Shown piece by piece: positions 28,484 through 38,474 of a DNA stretch of 64,000 bases. Each line of letters starts with the position of its first letter. The first letter of the stretch is position 1. Both the position numbers and the translations under genes were made by a program. Where the stretch lies: the sequence record NC_042018.1, one strand, 5' to 3'. The notes under the pieces are model-generated. The model did no database searches. It was not told the DNA's origin and worked only from the letters and a program-made list of their open reading frames with translations.

Positions 28484-29668
28484 ATGTTAACAAAAGTAAA
28501 GGAAGCGGTCAGCGAAGCACTTCATGGCGACGCACCCGTTTCTAACGGTCCCCTGAAAATTCTTTGGTGTTCGGACCAGCACTGTTTGCACAACAAAACC
28601 CCCACGGAACATATCCTGGCTAACCTGAGTCGTTTCTTCTATGTCGACAACGACCTGGCAAAAGTGGACATGATTGTGTTTGGTGGGGACTTCCTTGACC
28701 GTTTGGTTGAGGCCACCGACAAAAACCTGATGAAGGTGTTGGGTTGGATTAAAGTCTTTCTAAAGAAGTGCGAGGACCATAACGTCAAGGTCCGGTTCCT
28801 GGAAGGCACTAGTTCACATGACTGGGGTCAGCCCAAGCACTTTGAGTTTGCAGTACCGCATGAAGCCGACGTGAAGTACGTAGACACCTTATCGGTAGAA
28901 ACGTTCCCCGAGTTCAACAACCTCACCATGATGTACGTGCCTGACAACATGGGTAACCGTACGCCGGATGAGATTTGGGAACTGGCGTTGCAGGTACTGA
29001 ACCAGGCGGAACTGAAGGAAGTCGATTTGATTGCTTTCCACGGTGGCTTTTATTATCAGCTCCCGGAAAAAGCCTGGAAGCATGCTCACATGGAATCCCG
29101 TTGGGAATCGATTGTGAAGTACGGTATCTTTGCGGGACACATTCACATTCCGTCACACAAAGGTAAGATTTACTGTTCAGGGTCGTTTGATCGTATTCGC
29201 CATGGGGAAGAACATCCTAAGGGTGGGTACATTATCGAATTGGACAACGTTGCCGATACCTTTAAAGCCACGTTCTATGAGAATAAGAAAGCGTTACCTT
29301 ATCTCACAATGTGGATTAACAAGGAAATGACTGCGGAAGATTTGGTGGAGAAGATTCACCTGTTCATTCGTAATCACAAGCTGCCTCCGCATTCGCAAAT
29401 CAAAATTCGAAATGGGAACGGAGCAGTGGTCAATCCGGTGGTCAACATTCTATCGACGGAGTACCCGAAGTTGGGCTTCTCGGTGGAAAACGATTCCGAA
29501 GATGAAGCCGTTATCGACAAAACGTTGTTTGATCCAAATCTTTATCAGGGAGTGACGCTGGACGAAAACAATTTGTTTGACGCCTTGTACGCAGAAACCC
29601 AAGAAAAATTCAACTCTTTATCATTAAGCCGAGAAGAAGTCGAATCGGTCTTAAAGGAGTTTATGTAA
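28484..29668 (+). CDS. sbcD: SbcD/Mre11-like metallophosphoesterase nuclease
   Basis: SDQH, GGDFLD, EGTSSHD, FHGG and GHIH calcineurin-like motifs. Confidence 0.8.
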   Translation: MLTKVKEAVSEALHGDAPVSNGPLKILWCSDQHCLHNKTPTEHILANLSRFFYVDNDLAKVDMIVFGGDFLDRLVEATDKNLMKVLGWIKVFLKKCEDHNVKVRFLEGTSSHDWGQPKHFEFAVPHEADVKYVDTLSVETFPEFNNLTMMYVPDNMGNRTPDEIWELALQVLNQAELKEVDLIAFHGGFYYQLPEKAWKHAHMESRWESIVKYGIFAGHIHIPSHKGKIYCSGSFDRIRHGEEHPKGGYIIELDNVADTFKATFYENKKALPYLTMWINKEMTAEDLVEKIHLFIRNHKLPPHSQIKIRNGNGAVVNPVVNILSTEYPKLGFSVENDSEDEAVIDKTLFDPNLYQGVTLDENNLFDALYAETQEKFNSLSLSREEVESVLKEFM

Positions 29669-30451
29669 ATGGGGCGAGATGTCGGAACACTGGGTATGTC
29701 CGCCGGGACATCCTTGGCGTTTGAAGCAGAAGGAGCGAGCGCGATAGTGAGCGCAGACTCCTTGCTGTTCAATCTCCGTACACTCATTCGTAATGCTTAT
29801 GAATCGTTCTCCTCAGTCACCCCAACTGCCAAGCAGGTTATTGCGTCAGTAAAGGATGATATTGTGAAGATCGGTAAGTGGGTAGAAGACCATCGAGGGA
29901 CACGGCCTATCTCGATGACCATCTACTATCCCACGTACAAAAGCCTTGCACGAGTGTACAACAAAGCTGATTTGTGGGTTCCAACCAAAGACCATCAACT
30001 GGCCTATGCCAAACTGGTCGAAGAGGTGGGCAATGCATTGTGTGACCAATACAAGGGATTGATTAAGCAGGTGGATTGTGACTTCCCCAGCTTCTCCGGT
30101 CGCGGTATTGTGATGACACACCATGTAGTAGACCTGACGTTCACGACAGGCACTACCCGTCTCTATCTGCTGGAATCCCACACCGGGAGTCTGAAACCGT
30201 ACACACAGTGGTACACGAAACTCACCGGTGGGTCAGAGTTGTTCTATATGCCCTTTAATCATTTGACCATTCAAATCTTCGGAGATCGTTCTACGAATTT
30301 CAAATCATCGAAGATAGGGATTAAGAATGTATTAAAGACAATCGCCAAAGATGCGCGCTGGACATCTGCAACCAGCTACGAACGTGTCAAGTTCACTATC
30401 CGTAATTTGCCTGCGGGCACGGATAAAGCTGGACTGCTCATGCTATTATAA
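29669..30451 (+). CDS. conserved core protein (phiKZ gp66 position)
   Basis: 260 aa between the SbcD-like and ChmC-like genes. Confidence 0.55.
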   Translation: MGRDVGTLGMSAGTSLAFEAEGASAIVSADSLLFNLRTLIRNAYESFSSVTPTAKQVIASVKDDIVKIGKWVEDHRGTRPISMTIYYPTYKSLARVYNKADLWVPTKDHQLAYAKLVEEVGNALCDQYKGLIKQVDCDFPSFSGRGIVMTHHVVDLTFTTGTTRLYLLESHTGSLKPYTQWYTKLTGGSELFYMPFNHLTIQIFGDRSTNFKSSKIGIKNVLKTIAKDARWTSATSYERVKFTIRNLPAGTDKAGLLMLL

Positions 30452-30517
30452 ATAAATACTGGCGTCCTATCTCTATAGAGTGAATGCCGGCATTTTCAGA
30501 ATTTAAGAGGAAATATC

Positions 30518-31282
30518 ATGTCAACAGGACAACGTCAGTTTGCGGGTAAGCCGCGTAAAAAGAACATGCTTAACGATTACCGTCAGCCGCTGCCGTGCAG
30601 TGATGAGCCGATGCCTGGTTCGAAGTATCCCGCTCAGCTGATGTGGGAACAGAAGGCCAACGGTAACATCGTTCTGAAAATCGCCGATGGCGTGTTCCAG
30701 GAAAACGCGAAGGGTAACCATAAAGAAGCAGAGATGGTTGCCGCAGACCGCAACATTCTGTTCCAGGCACTGCTCGATGCCGCGGATAACCCGAACTTCG
30801 GTTCCAAGCAGATTGCCGTACGTAAAAAGCAATTCGTCTTCCAGGGCGGTCAGCGTCGCATGTCCGACCAACCGGTGGTGCAGTGCTACCTGACCATCAC
30901 CCGTAACGAGCGCGGTGTGACCCTGGGTTACTCCAAAGGTGACTACAAAGTCCTGATCCGTTTCCGTGGCCCGAACGACTCTACTGTGTTCGTGAAGAAC
31001 GAAGCCGGCGAGCGTATGGAAGACCACGGTCTGATGTCACGCTGGGCGGTAAAAGGCTACGTAGGTTTCCATCAGCCAATTCTGGACCAGATGGAACTCA
31101 CCGGTTGGGAACCACCGAAACCTCGCGGTGAGCAAGGCGGCGGTGGTGACAGTGGTGGCGGTTACGGCGGTGGTAATGGCGGCAATGGCGGTTACTCCGG
31201 CGGTGGTTATTCAGGTGGCGGTAACGGCGGACAGTCTGCGCCGGCACCACAGGGTGGCTTCGACGAAGACATCCCGTTCTAA
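30518..31282 (+). CDS. chmC: ChmC-like nucleus-associated nucleic-acid-binding protein (phiKZ gp67 position)
   Basis: 254 aa, optimised codons, G/Y-rich disordered tail ending in the SSB-like FDEDIPF, immediately upstream of the gp68-like gene. Confidence 0.65.
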   Translation: MSTGQRQFAGKPRKKNMLNDYRQPLPCSDEPMPGSKYPAQLMWEQKANGNIVLKIADGVFQENAKGNHKEAEMVAADRNILFQALLDAADNPNFGSKQIAVRKKQFVFQGGQRRMSDQPVVQCYLTITRNERGVTLGYSKGDYKVLIRFRGPNDSTVFVKNEAGERMEDHGLMSRWAVKGYVGFHQPILDQMELTGWEPPKPRGEQGGGGDSGGGYGGGNGGNGGYSGGGYSGGGNGGQSAPAPQGGFDEDIPF

Positions 31283-31429
31283 CAGGAAGTAGTCTATAAC
31301 TCTTATATACCAACAACCTTTGGGGGAGACCGCAAGGTCTCCCTCCCTTTTTTACCCTTTCGCAATAATTTTTCAGCACTACATTATTAGTGTGTATAAG
31401 AACATGTAATATTCCTCAGGAGAAGAATT

Positions 31430-32992
31430 TTGCTTATTATCGAATCCACCCGCAGTTCGAAGAAGACCCTTGACGGTGTCGTGGTCTCCTATAACGGACA
31501 AACATTACGGTTTAACGGGAAAGCCACCATTAAGCTAGAGCGTTCGTTTAAGAGTGCAGGTGATGACGCTGAAGAAGCGAATCTGTTTGACTGCCAAAAC
31601 GAATACATCGAAAACACGTTCACCAAAGAACAAAAGATTGCGCTGTTCAACTGTTATCAGCGTGGTTACGATGTGGTTGAAAACGGTAAGTTCTCCGACT
31701 ACCAATCGGAAATCAGCAAGCTGGTACCGATTATTAACGACATCTTTGAAATCATCAATCCCGACAAGTTCTTCTACTTTATCCAGGTAAGCCGACACCT
31801 GGTGGTACCGAAAGAACTCAGCGTCGCGGCCAGCAAAGGGGATTACCCGGAAGAAACCACCCTGCTGGAAAAAGATTACATCGAACTGGCGAAGATGACC
31901 TTCCTGGTCCGTACGGTGTATCCGGTACTGTTCTCCTTACTGGCACGCTTTGAAGATCTGATGGGCGGCGGGTACAATGAACTGGTTGCCGGTAAGCTGC
32001 TGAAAGATTCACCGCACGTGAAACACACCGCGGGTTGGAATCGTCTGGTGCAGTACGTACAGTTCACCTTCACCAAACACGGCGTGCCGCAACAGTCTGT
32101 GAACGTGGCCAGTATGGAACACTTCATGGAACGTGTGGTGTACCGCACTATCTTTAACCGTCTGTGCTGTGCGGTGATTCCGGAAACGGAAGAAGGCAAG
32201 AACATTGCTACCGCTATCTCAGCCGAAGTGCGTCAGTGCGAAGCGTCCACTGGAGTCTACAAACGTAAAGAAGCCAGTTACGATGCAGACGACGATAAGC
32301 GCTCTCACTACGAGAAGTACCAAATCAGTGAAACCGTGAACTCGGCCAAAGAAGCTGCACAAGCAGAATGGTTCAGTTTCGGTCTCTACGATGAAGAAGA
32401 CCGCCCACGCTTTAATAACCGCTTTATGCATCAGTGTAAAGCATTGGGGATTAAGCAGGAGCAGTTAGTTGACCAGGTGTTTGATAATCTACCGACTATC
32501 TGGGATTTCGAGTTAGGCCAGCACATCGTCAAGATTTTGCAGTTGACGTACATGGGCAAGCTCTCTCCCAATATTTATTACGCCTGTTCCTACGAGCAGC
32601 TCATGGCAGCGATTGCCATTGCACAAGTCTGGTTAGCAGAACGTGGGTACTATTACCTGCCATCTGTGTTGGGTGCGATTCCTACCGAAGACGGAGTCCG
32701 TACTCTGGCTGACGTGATGAAGCTCAACACCGAAGACCGCGAAGCCCTGGATGCCATTTGTGACGTACAGGCGAAAAACAACGAAGGCCGCTCAAACAAT
32801 GAAGCGGTGCTCGCAGCTGCTGAGTTCCTCGATAACTTTGGCAACGGTATCTGGAAGACCAACCTCGAGTTGGGTGTGCTTCAAGAACCGGAAGTCTACG
32901 GTCGTGTGAAGAAAGGTTCACTCTTCCCGCTGGAAATCACCAAAGAAATCAAAGAAGAATTCATGCGTTTAATCATTGAGTCCAATACTTAA
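31430..32992 (+). CDS. nvRNAP promoter-specificity subunit (phiKZ gp68-like)
   Basis: 520 aa, TTG start after AGGAG, own early-type promoter at 31380, synteny in the nvRNAP block. Confidence 0.7.
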   Translation: MLIIESTRSSKKTLDGVVVSYNGQTLRFNGKATIKLERSFKSAGDDAEEANLFDCQNEYIENTFTKEQKIALFNCYQRGYDVVENGKFSDYQSEISKLVPIINDIFEIINPDKFFYFIQVSRHLVVPKELSVAASKGDYPEETTLLEKDYIELAKMTFLVRTVYPVLFSLLARFEDLMGGGYNELVAGKLLKDSPHVKHTAGWNRLVQYVQFTFTKHGVPQQSVNVASMEHFMERVVYRTIFNRLCCAVIPETEEGKNIATAISAEVRQCEASTGVYKRKEASYDADDDKRSHYEKYQISETVNSAKEAAQAEWFSFGLYDEEDRPRFNNRFMHQCKALGIKQEQLVDQVFDNLPTIWDFELGQHIVKILQLTYMGKLSPNIYYACSYEQLMAAIAIAQVWLAERGYYYLPSVLGAIPTEDGVRTLADVMKLNTEDREALDAICDVQAKNNEGRSNNEAVLAAAEFLDNFGNGIWKTNLELGVLQEPEVYGRVKKGSLFPLEITKEIKEEFMRLIIESNT

Positions 32993-33022
32993 TTTAATTG
33001 TAATTAGGAGCATAGAAAAATC

Positions 33023-34462
33023 ATGGCAGAGATCCGCTTAGAAGAAGCTATTTTCGGTATGTCGAACAATAACCACGTTCACGTTCACCGTCATAACCAA
33101 CTGTTGCTTGACCCTCAACAAGTCGACCAACTCAAAATGGAATCCATGGGGGGTGGTGTACGTTCTTCCACCCTTAACGATATTGCATTGAAAGCCGGTA
33201 GTCTGAGTACCGTTGCTCAAGGTGCGGTTGATTTAGAAGAAGGCTGGAACCTGCGTCGTGGGTTAGGTATGCTGCGCTTCATGGTTACCCAGAACGGTCT
33301 GGTAGAAGAAGAGCTCTGTATTCTGGGCTACCTCAAAGGCGGTTCCGCATCGGTGATGGGTATCGAAGGTCACACCATGTTTGTGCCAGTGCGTTCCTGG
33401 AGCAAGGTAACCGAAAACAAACAGAACCCGCTGGACGGCATGGACTATTCCCAGACCACCATCAATGACTCCTCGCAGTTCCTGATGGGTGACCCGGGTC
33501 AGACCAAACGTCTGCAATCACTGCGTCCAATTGACATTGCGGATTCCGTGGTGGGCTACGCAGCAGTACAGGCAGAAGACAGTGGTCCGAAAACCTTCGA
33601 TGGCAACATCGGCAGCGACCTACAGGTAAACGGCATCACCGTCTCCAAAACCCACAACCTCAATCCGGTGTTTCACAGCCGTGAACTGATTAAGATGGCG
33701 TCCAATGTGCTGGGCGATACGGCAGCGCAATACGGTACACAGTACGCGTTGACCGACGCCACTGCTGCGCCAGGGTTAGGTGAAATGCACCCGACTGAAA
33801 ACCCGTTCCTGCGAACCATGCAACACCAAACCGGTATGCATACGTTCCGTGGGTTCGACGGTTTTACCATGGACGAAATTGCCGCGGTGTTTGCTAACCT
33901 GGCAGACGTGTTGAACGTTAACCTGCTGGATGAAACATCTTATCCGGGTGTCGATAACACAGCCACCTCCAACGAGTACGGTACTTCTTCACCGTATGAA
34001 ATCCTGGGGTCTGAACTGGCGTACATTACTGTGCACTCATTGATCCAATGTGGTCTGATGTCAGTAAGCTTCTCGGCGACCAACGACTTCAGCGAAACAG
34101 GCGGTCTGGCTAACAACAACGGCACGGTATTCATCCCAGGTGAATCCATGTCCTTGCTGAACCACGATGATGCACTGGCTGCGCGTGTGGAACGTTTCAT
34201 GAACCTGGTGGACCAGAACTTCTTCACCAAGCTCAATGGCCCGTATCACCACAACCGTACCATCGTCGGGGTAAAAGTGGAATCGTACCTGTTCGGTGAA
34301 ACCGTCGTGGAAATCTCCCTGAACGGTAACTTCAACGACCAGCGCCGTTACGTAAACGCAACCTTCGCTATTAACCGTCACAGCACCAACATCGGTGCCA
34401 ACCAGGTTTCGGTCGACCAGGCCACTAACTTCTTCGAAAGCATTCGCAACTATTTACAATAA
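33023..34462 (+). CDS. picA: PicA/Imp1-like phage-nucleus protein import factor (phiKZ gp69 position)
   Basis: 479 aa directly after the gp68-like gene. Assigned on synteny and length only. Confidence 0.55.
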   Translation: MAEIRLEEAIFGMSNNNHVHVHRHNQLLLDPQQVDQLKMESMGGGVRSSTLNDIALKAGSLSTVAQGAVDLEEGWNLRRGLGMLRFMVTQNGLVEEELCILGYLKGGSASVMGIEGHTMFVPVRSWSKVTENKQNPLDGMDYSQTTINDSSQFLMGDPGQTKRLQSLRPIDIADSVVGYAAVQAEDSGPKTFDGNIGSDLQVNGITVSKTHNLNPVFHSRELIKMASNVLGDTAAQYGTQYALTDATAAPGLGEMHPTENPFLRTMQHQTGMHTFRGFDGFTMDEIAAVFANLADVLNVNLLDETSYPGVDNTATSNEYGTSSPYEILGSELAYITVHSLIQCGLMSVSFSATNDFSETGGLANNNGTVFIPGESMSLLNHDDALAARVERFMNLVDQNFFTKLNGPYHHNRTIVGVKVESYLFGETVVEISLNGNFNDQRRYVNATFAINRHSTNIGANQVSVDQATNFFESIRNYLQ

Positions 34463-34475
34463 GGTATCTGAACCA

Positions 34476-35882
34476 ATGAATGAATTAAACAAACTGTATT
34501 CCGCCATGTGGAAATCCTGGGGCGGCGTCATCAAGGAAGATGGCCGCATGGTGCTGGAAGTGGAAGGTAGTGAATACCCGGTGCGTATCGACGAGATGGA
34601 CATGTTCCTGCCGTTGAGCGAAGTGCTGGAAGGTCAGACCATGGGTAAAGTGTTCTTCCACCCGGCCTGTGAAAACATCACCTCCAAAGAAACCGAAGTC
34701 TTTAAGGTGATCCGCAAAATTGCACCGATGCGTCTGCTGACCATGTTCCGCGAGTATCCGCTGGTACTGCTGGACGTGGCTACCCGTAAGACCAAGAAAA
34801 CCTGGCGTCAGGATATTCTGGACTTGCTGGACCCGCTGAGCAACGTTAAGAAGAACGTGCGTGATGAGCTCAAGATGCTGTTCTCTCGCATGCACATTGA
34901 AGTGGAAAACGAAGGCGTCGACAACCGCTTCATTCACTTCAAGGTCAGCAAAGGTGGTGGACGTTCTAAAATCACCGGCGAGAAGGTGTACTACAAAACC
35001 AAGCCAAGCTTCCCGTTCTATAATGAAATGGTGAAGAAGCTGGCACGCAGTGAAGGGATGGCGGATAACCAAACGGTTGAAGTCAATAACTTTAGCGTGT
35101 CTCGTGGCGCACTGAAAGTGGCGGTTGATCTGTTCCAGGGTATCCTGCCGGCGGTAATGGCTCCGGACGACTACGAGTTTGAATCCACTCAACCGGTGGC
35201 AGCACGCTTGACGTCGTTCTTGATGTGTTATGCAGAAATGGCCGAACAGCTGAACCGTCTGCAGAACAACTTCCGCGCTGACTTCGATAAGAAGGGTATT
35301 TACCCAATCGATGTAAGCTGGGTAGAGCACCTGGAAAACCTGCCGGACATCTATCGTCAGGTACCGCAGATGGATTACAACTCGCACAACACGCAGGAAG
35401 AATCCACCAGTGGTGTCAACCAGGGCAACCTGGGCAACATGCTGAGCTTCAACAGCAACAGCAACAATACCCAACAGCAACAGCAGAACCCGCAACAGCA
35501 AGTGACCAATCAGATGGCACAGGCGCAGGGCTTTGATACCACCGCTCCGATGATGCAGCCGGGCGATGACTATCAGAACTTTGACATCGACTACAACACC
35601 AACTCCGTCATGCACTATGCACGTAACCGTTCTACCGGCATGACTGTATTGTACCGTTGTTCTCGTCGTGGTAACCTGATTGAGCGTCGCGAGCTGTATC
35701 CGCAGCAGCAGGGCGGTATGATGGGTGGTATGAACATGGGCATGCAGAACATGATGCCTAACATGATGATGATGATGCCTAACGGCATGATGACCATGAT
35801 GCCGATGTCAGCACCGACAGCGGGTTCTACCATGAACAGCATCCAGCCGGGCAGCTACGATAACACCCCAGCGGTGTTCTAA
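34476..35882 (+). CDS. conserved core protein with Q/N- and M-rich low-complexity C-terminus (phiKZ gp70 position)
   Basis: ORF 34395..35882, ATG 34476. Tail NSNSNNTQQQQQNPQQQ and GGMMGGMNMGMQNMMPNMMMMMPNGMM. Confidence 0.6.
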   Translation: MNELNKLYSAMWKSWGGVIKEDGRMVLEVEGSEYPVRIDEMDMFLPLSEVLEGQTMGKVFFHPACENITSKETEVFKVIRKIAPMRLLTMFREYPLVLLDVATRKTKKTWRQDILDLLDPLSNVKKNVRDELKMLFSRMHIEVENEGVDNRFIHFKVSKGGGRSKITGEKVYYKTKPSFPFYNEMVKKLARSEGMADNQTVEVNNFSVSRGALKVAVDLFQGILPAVMAPDDYEFESTQPVAARLTSFLMCYAEMAEQLNRLQNNFRADFDKKGIYPIDVSWVEHLENLPDIYRQVPQMDYNSHNTQEESTSGVNQGNLGNMLSFNSNSNNTQQQQQNPQQQVTNQMAQAQGFDTTAPMMQPGDDYQNFDIDYNTNSVMHYARNRSTGMTVLYRCSRRGNLIERRELYPQQQGGMMGGMNMGMQNMMPNMMMMMPNGMMTMMPMSAPTAGSTMNSIQPGSYDNTPAVF

Positions 35883-35948
35883 CTCGCAACATAACCCCTA
35901 CCCCAGTACCCGTCAAGGTACTGGGGTAAAAGGAGATTGTATTCTTTT

Positions 35949-36275
35949 TTAACTGCGAACAGTATTCTTACGGGCTATGATGCTTTCCAGCTCAGATTCA
36001 TTAAGGGTACGGATCTCTTTCAGTCCGCTGATATCCATAAAGGGATCTTCAATACCGTTAATAAAGGCAGTGGCCCAATACAAATGTGGCGGTATGCCTT
36101 CGCTGCGAAGTAAACGGTAGAAATCAAACCGATACATCTGCACCGAATAACGATTAATGATCGATTTGGTTCCCGCAGACTTCAGTAGCAGTTCTTTCTC
36201 TGACCGCACCAGGGTTTTAAACTCTTCGGTGTAGTAGAAGGCATACAGTTCGTTGTAGCCGGTTTCAATAGGCAC
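35949..36275 (-). CDS. T4 gp53-like / LysM-type baseplate wedge protein
   Basis: 108 aa, AGGAG SD. RFDFYRLL...LYWATAFINGIEDP resembles the gp53 R.D.....YW.I...N.I.DP pattern. Confidence 0.5.
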   Translation of the reverse strand: MPIETGYNELYAFYYTEEFKTLVRSEKELLLKSAGTKSIINRYSVQMYRFDFYRLLRSEGIPPHLYWATAFINGIEDPFMDISGLKEIRTLNESELESIIARKNTVRS

Positions 36276-36355
36276 GTCTTAATCTCCTATGCAATTTTAG
36301 CACTATATTATTAAATTGTAAATGGACAAGTAGTTTCACTAAAGAGGTATAATTA

Positions 36356-38467
36356 ATGGGCCTTAAAATCAACCAACTTCATCCTGATGTCATGGGTGTC
36401 TGCATTAACCTTAACGTGTTTCCGTGGAATAACTCCGCCGCACGTTTGTACATGTGCGGTAACATGATTCCAAAGTCAGTGGTGACCGTTGGTCGGACTA
36501 CCCGTAAGATTATCTCCGGGTTCGAAAAACAGTATGGAGAAACTGCGCGCAAAATCACGGCCCCGGCTAACATGACCGTTGAGCAGGTTTTCTTTATTGA
36601 AAGTCTGCAAGGCAATGGATTGGCAACCGACGAATGGAACAGCATTTGGGTGGTGTTCAAGAATGATGAAAAGAACGCCTACGATGTGCTGGAACTTCCT
36701 CGGTACAATACCCAGAACACCTACATCGGCTTCGAATACGTTTATGACAAAGAAATGATTAAGCGTCTGTTCGAAGAGAAGAACCCCACCTTCCGTAAAG
36801 GTGATGTGTTCGGGTGGTCCCCACGCATCAGTGAAAGTGGTGAGTGGCGGTTCGGGATGGAAACCAAGGTCGCAGCCATGTCTTCTCACCGTACGGAAGA
36901 GGACGGCATTGTTATCACCGAGAGCTATGCGCGTAACCGTATGCGCTGTATGTTCAAACATGAACGTGAGTTCAACTGGGATGAAGAAGAGTACGTGCCG
37001 GTGTTCCTGTACGGTACTGACGAGAATCCGCGTCCGTTCCCGGAAAGCGGTGAACCGATTCGTCCTGATGGTCTGGTTATGGCTTTCCGCAAGCGCGTCA
37101 CGGAAAACGCGTTAGTCAGTCTTACCAAGAAAGCATTGCGTACACCGGACTACCTGTATGACATTCTGTTCTATGCACCGGCTGGTGCACGGGTAATGTC
37201 AATCGACGTCAGCAGCGACCGTATGAAGAACCAGTCGAATAACCGCAGCACGGAATACATCGACCAGGAACATAATCGGATGCTGACTCAGATGGAACGT
37301 GCAGCAAACGAACACTTCATGCGCATCATCTCCTGGTACGAGAACAAGAACTACCATAACGGTAAAGTGGAAATCCCGGTGACCTTTGAGCTGGATACCT
37401 TTATCCGTAATGCCTACTACAACTACACCGTGGACTTCCGCGGTCAGACCAAGCAGATTAACCCGTTGTACCGTGCTTTCAAACGTACCCGTAAGAAAGA
37501 CTGGAACGTGAAGATTCTGCTGAAAGAAGAAGTGGTGGGTCGCAGTAAGTTCAAGCTCTCGGGCATGAACGGTGACAAAGGTGTAGCCGTAACCGTTATT
37601 CCTGATGACCATGCACCGATGTACGAAGACGGTACCCGTGCTGAAATCATCATCAACAACACGCCGGCGTTCCGTCGTCAAATCTTCGGGATGTTAATGG
37701 AGATGAGTATTAACTTCATCAACATGAACGTTCACCGGGAAATGTGTGCACTGCGTGACCAGGGTAATTATAAGGAGGCGTGGGCGAAGCTGATTGAGTT
37801 CTACCATACCGCTAACCCTGAGTTCGGTGAGATGGTGGATTCGGTGTACGTAACGGATGAAGAGCGTTTCGAGCACGTGGATTACGTTGCCCGTGACCAA
37901 ATCTCCATTCAGTACCGCAGCGACTCAAAAGTAGTTGGGGCCGATATCATTAATGCGTTACGGAAGAAGTATTCTTATAAGCCGCAGAAAGCGTACTTCG
38001 TGAATGCCCTGGGTGAACGTATTCTCAGTGAGAACCCGATTCTGATTACGTCCATGTACTACATGCTGTTGGACAAATTCGGAACGGACATGTCATCTCA
38101 GGCCATGCCGAAGTCGAACCTGTTTGGTATGCCGGCGAAGCTCAACGAGCAGGATAAACACGGGAACTGGTATCGCGATATCTGGAACCGTAACTCCGGG
38201 GAAACGGAATCACGTCTGCGCGTTAGCCAGAGTGGTTCACAGGAAATCGTCAAGAACTTGGCGCTGGCCTACTCTCCTGACCTGCGTCGTGCTGTAGCGT
38301 CCCGCATTATCCGTGCTGACGATCCGTTTGAAATCAAGCAGATTGTGAAGCCGGCAGAATACGCCACGAATGCTGCAGTTATCATGGGTGGCTCTATGCT
38401 GTCCGATTCGGGGTACACTATCCGTCACGAACGCCCAACCGATCGCTCTTCAAATACCGGGGAATAA
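36356..38467 (+). CDS. rpoB: non-virion RNA polymerase beta C-terminal subunit (phiKZ gp71/73-like), uninterrupted
   Basis: EDGIVITES, KFKLSGMNGDKG, GETESR; 703 aa; promoter TATATTAT at 36304. Confidence 0.88.
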   Translation: MGLKINQLHPDVMGVCINLNVFPWNNSAARLYMCGNMIPKSVVTVGRTTRKIISGFEKQYGETARKITAPANMTVEQVFFIESLQGNGLATDEWNSIWVVFKNDEKNAYDVLELPRYNTQNTYIGFEYVYDKEMIKRLFEEKNPTFRKGDVFGWSPRISESGEWRFGMETKVAAMSSHRTEEDGIVITESYARNRMRCMFKHEREFNWDEEEYVPVFLYGTDENPRPFPESGEPIRPDGLVMAFRKRVTENALVSLTKKALRTPDYLYDILFYAPAGARVMSIDVSSDRMKNQSNNRSTEYIDQEHNRMLTQMERAANEHFMRIISWYENKNYHNGKVEIPVTFELDTFIRNAYYNYTVDFRGQTKQINPLYRAFKRTRKKDWNVKILLKEEVVGRSKFKLSGMNGDKGVAVTVIPDDHAPMYEDGTRAEIIINNTPAFRRQIFGMLMEMSINFINMNVHREMCALRDQGNYKEAWAKLIEFYHTANPEFGEMVDSVYVTDEERFEHVDYVARDQISIQYRSDSKVVGADIINALRKKYSYKPQKAYFVNALGERILSENPILITSMYYMLLDKFGTDMSSQAMPKSNLFGMPAKLNEQDKHGNWYRDIWNRNSGETESRLRVSQSGSQEIVKNLALAYSPDLRRAVASRIIRADDPFEIKQIVKPAEYATNAAVIMGGSMLSDSGYTIRHERPTDRSSNTGE

Positions 38468-38474
38468 TAGCGAC

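Noticed and set aside
28484-29668. SbcD with GTSSHD instead of GNHD and no adjacent SbcC
   Set aside because: Consistent with what I recall for phiKZ-like SbcD homologs, where the ATPase partner is encoded elsewhere. Not treated as novel.
23948-38467. Group I introns or homing endonucleases in nvRNAP subunit genes, as in phiKZ and PhiPA3
   Set aside because: Both beta'-N (543 aa) and beta-C (703 aa) are continuous ORFs with all motifs in frame, so these alleles are intron-free.
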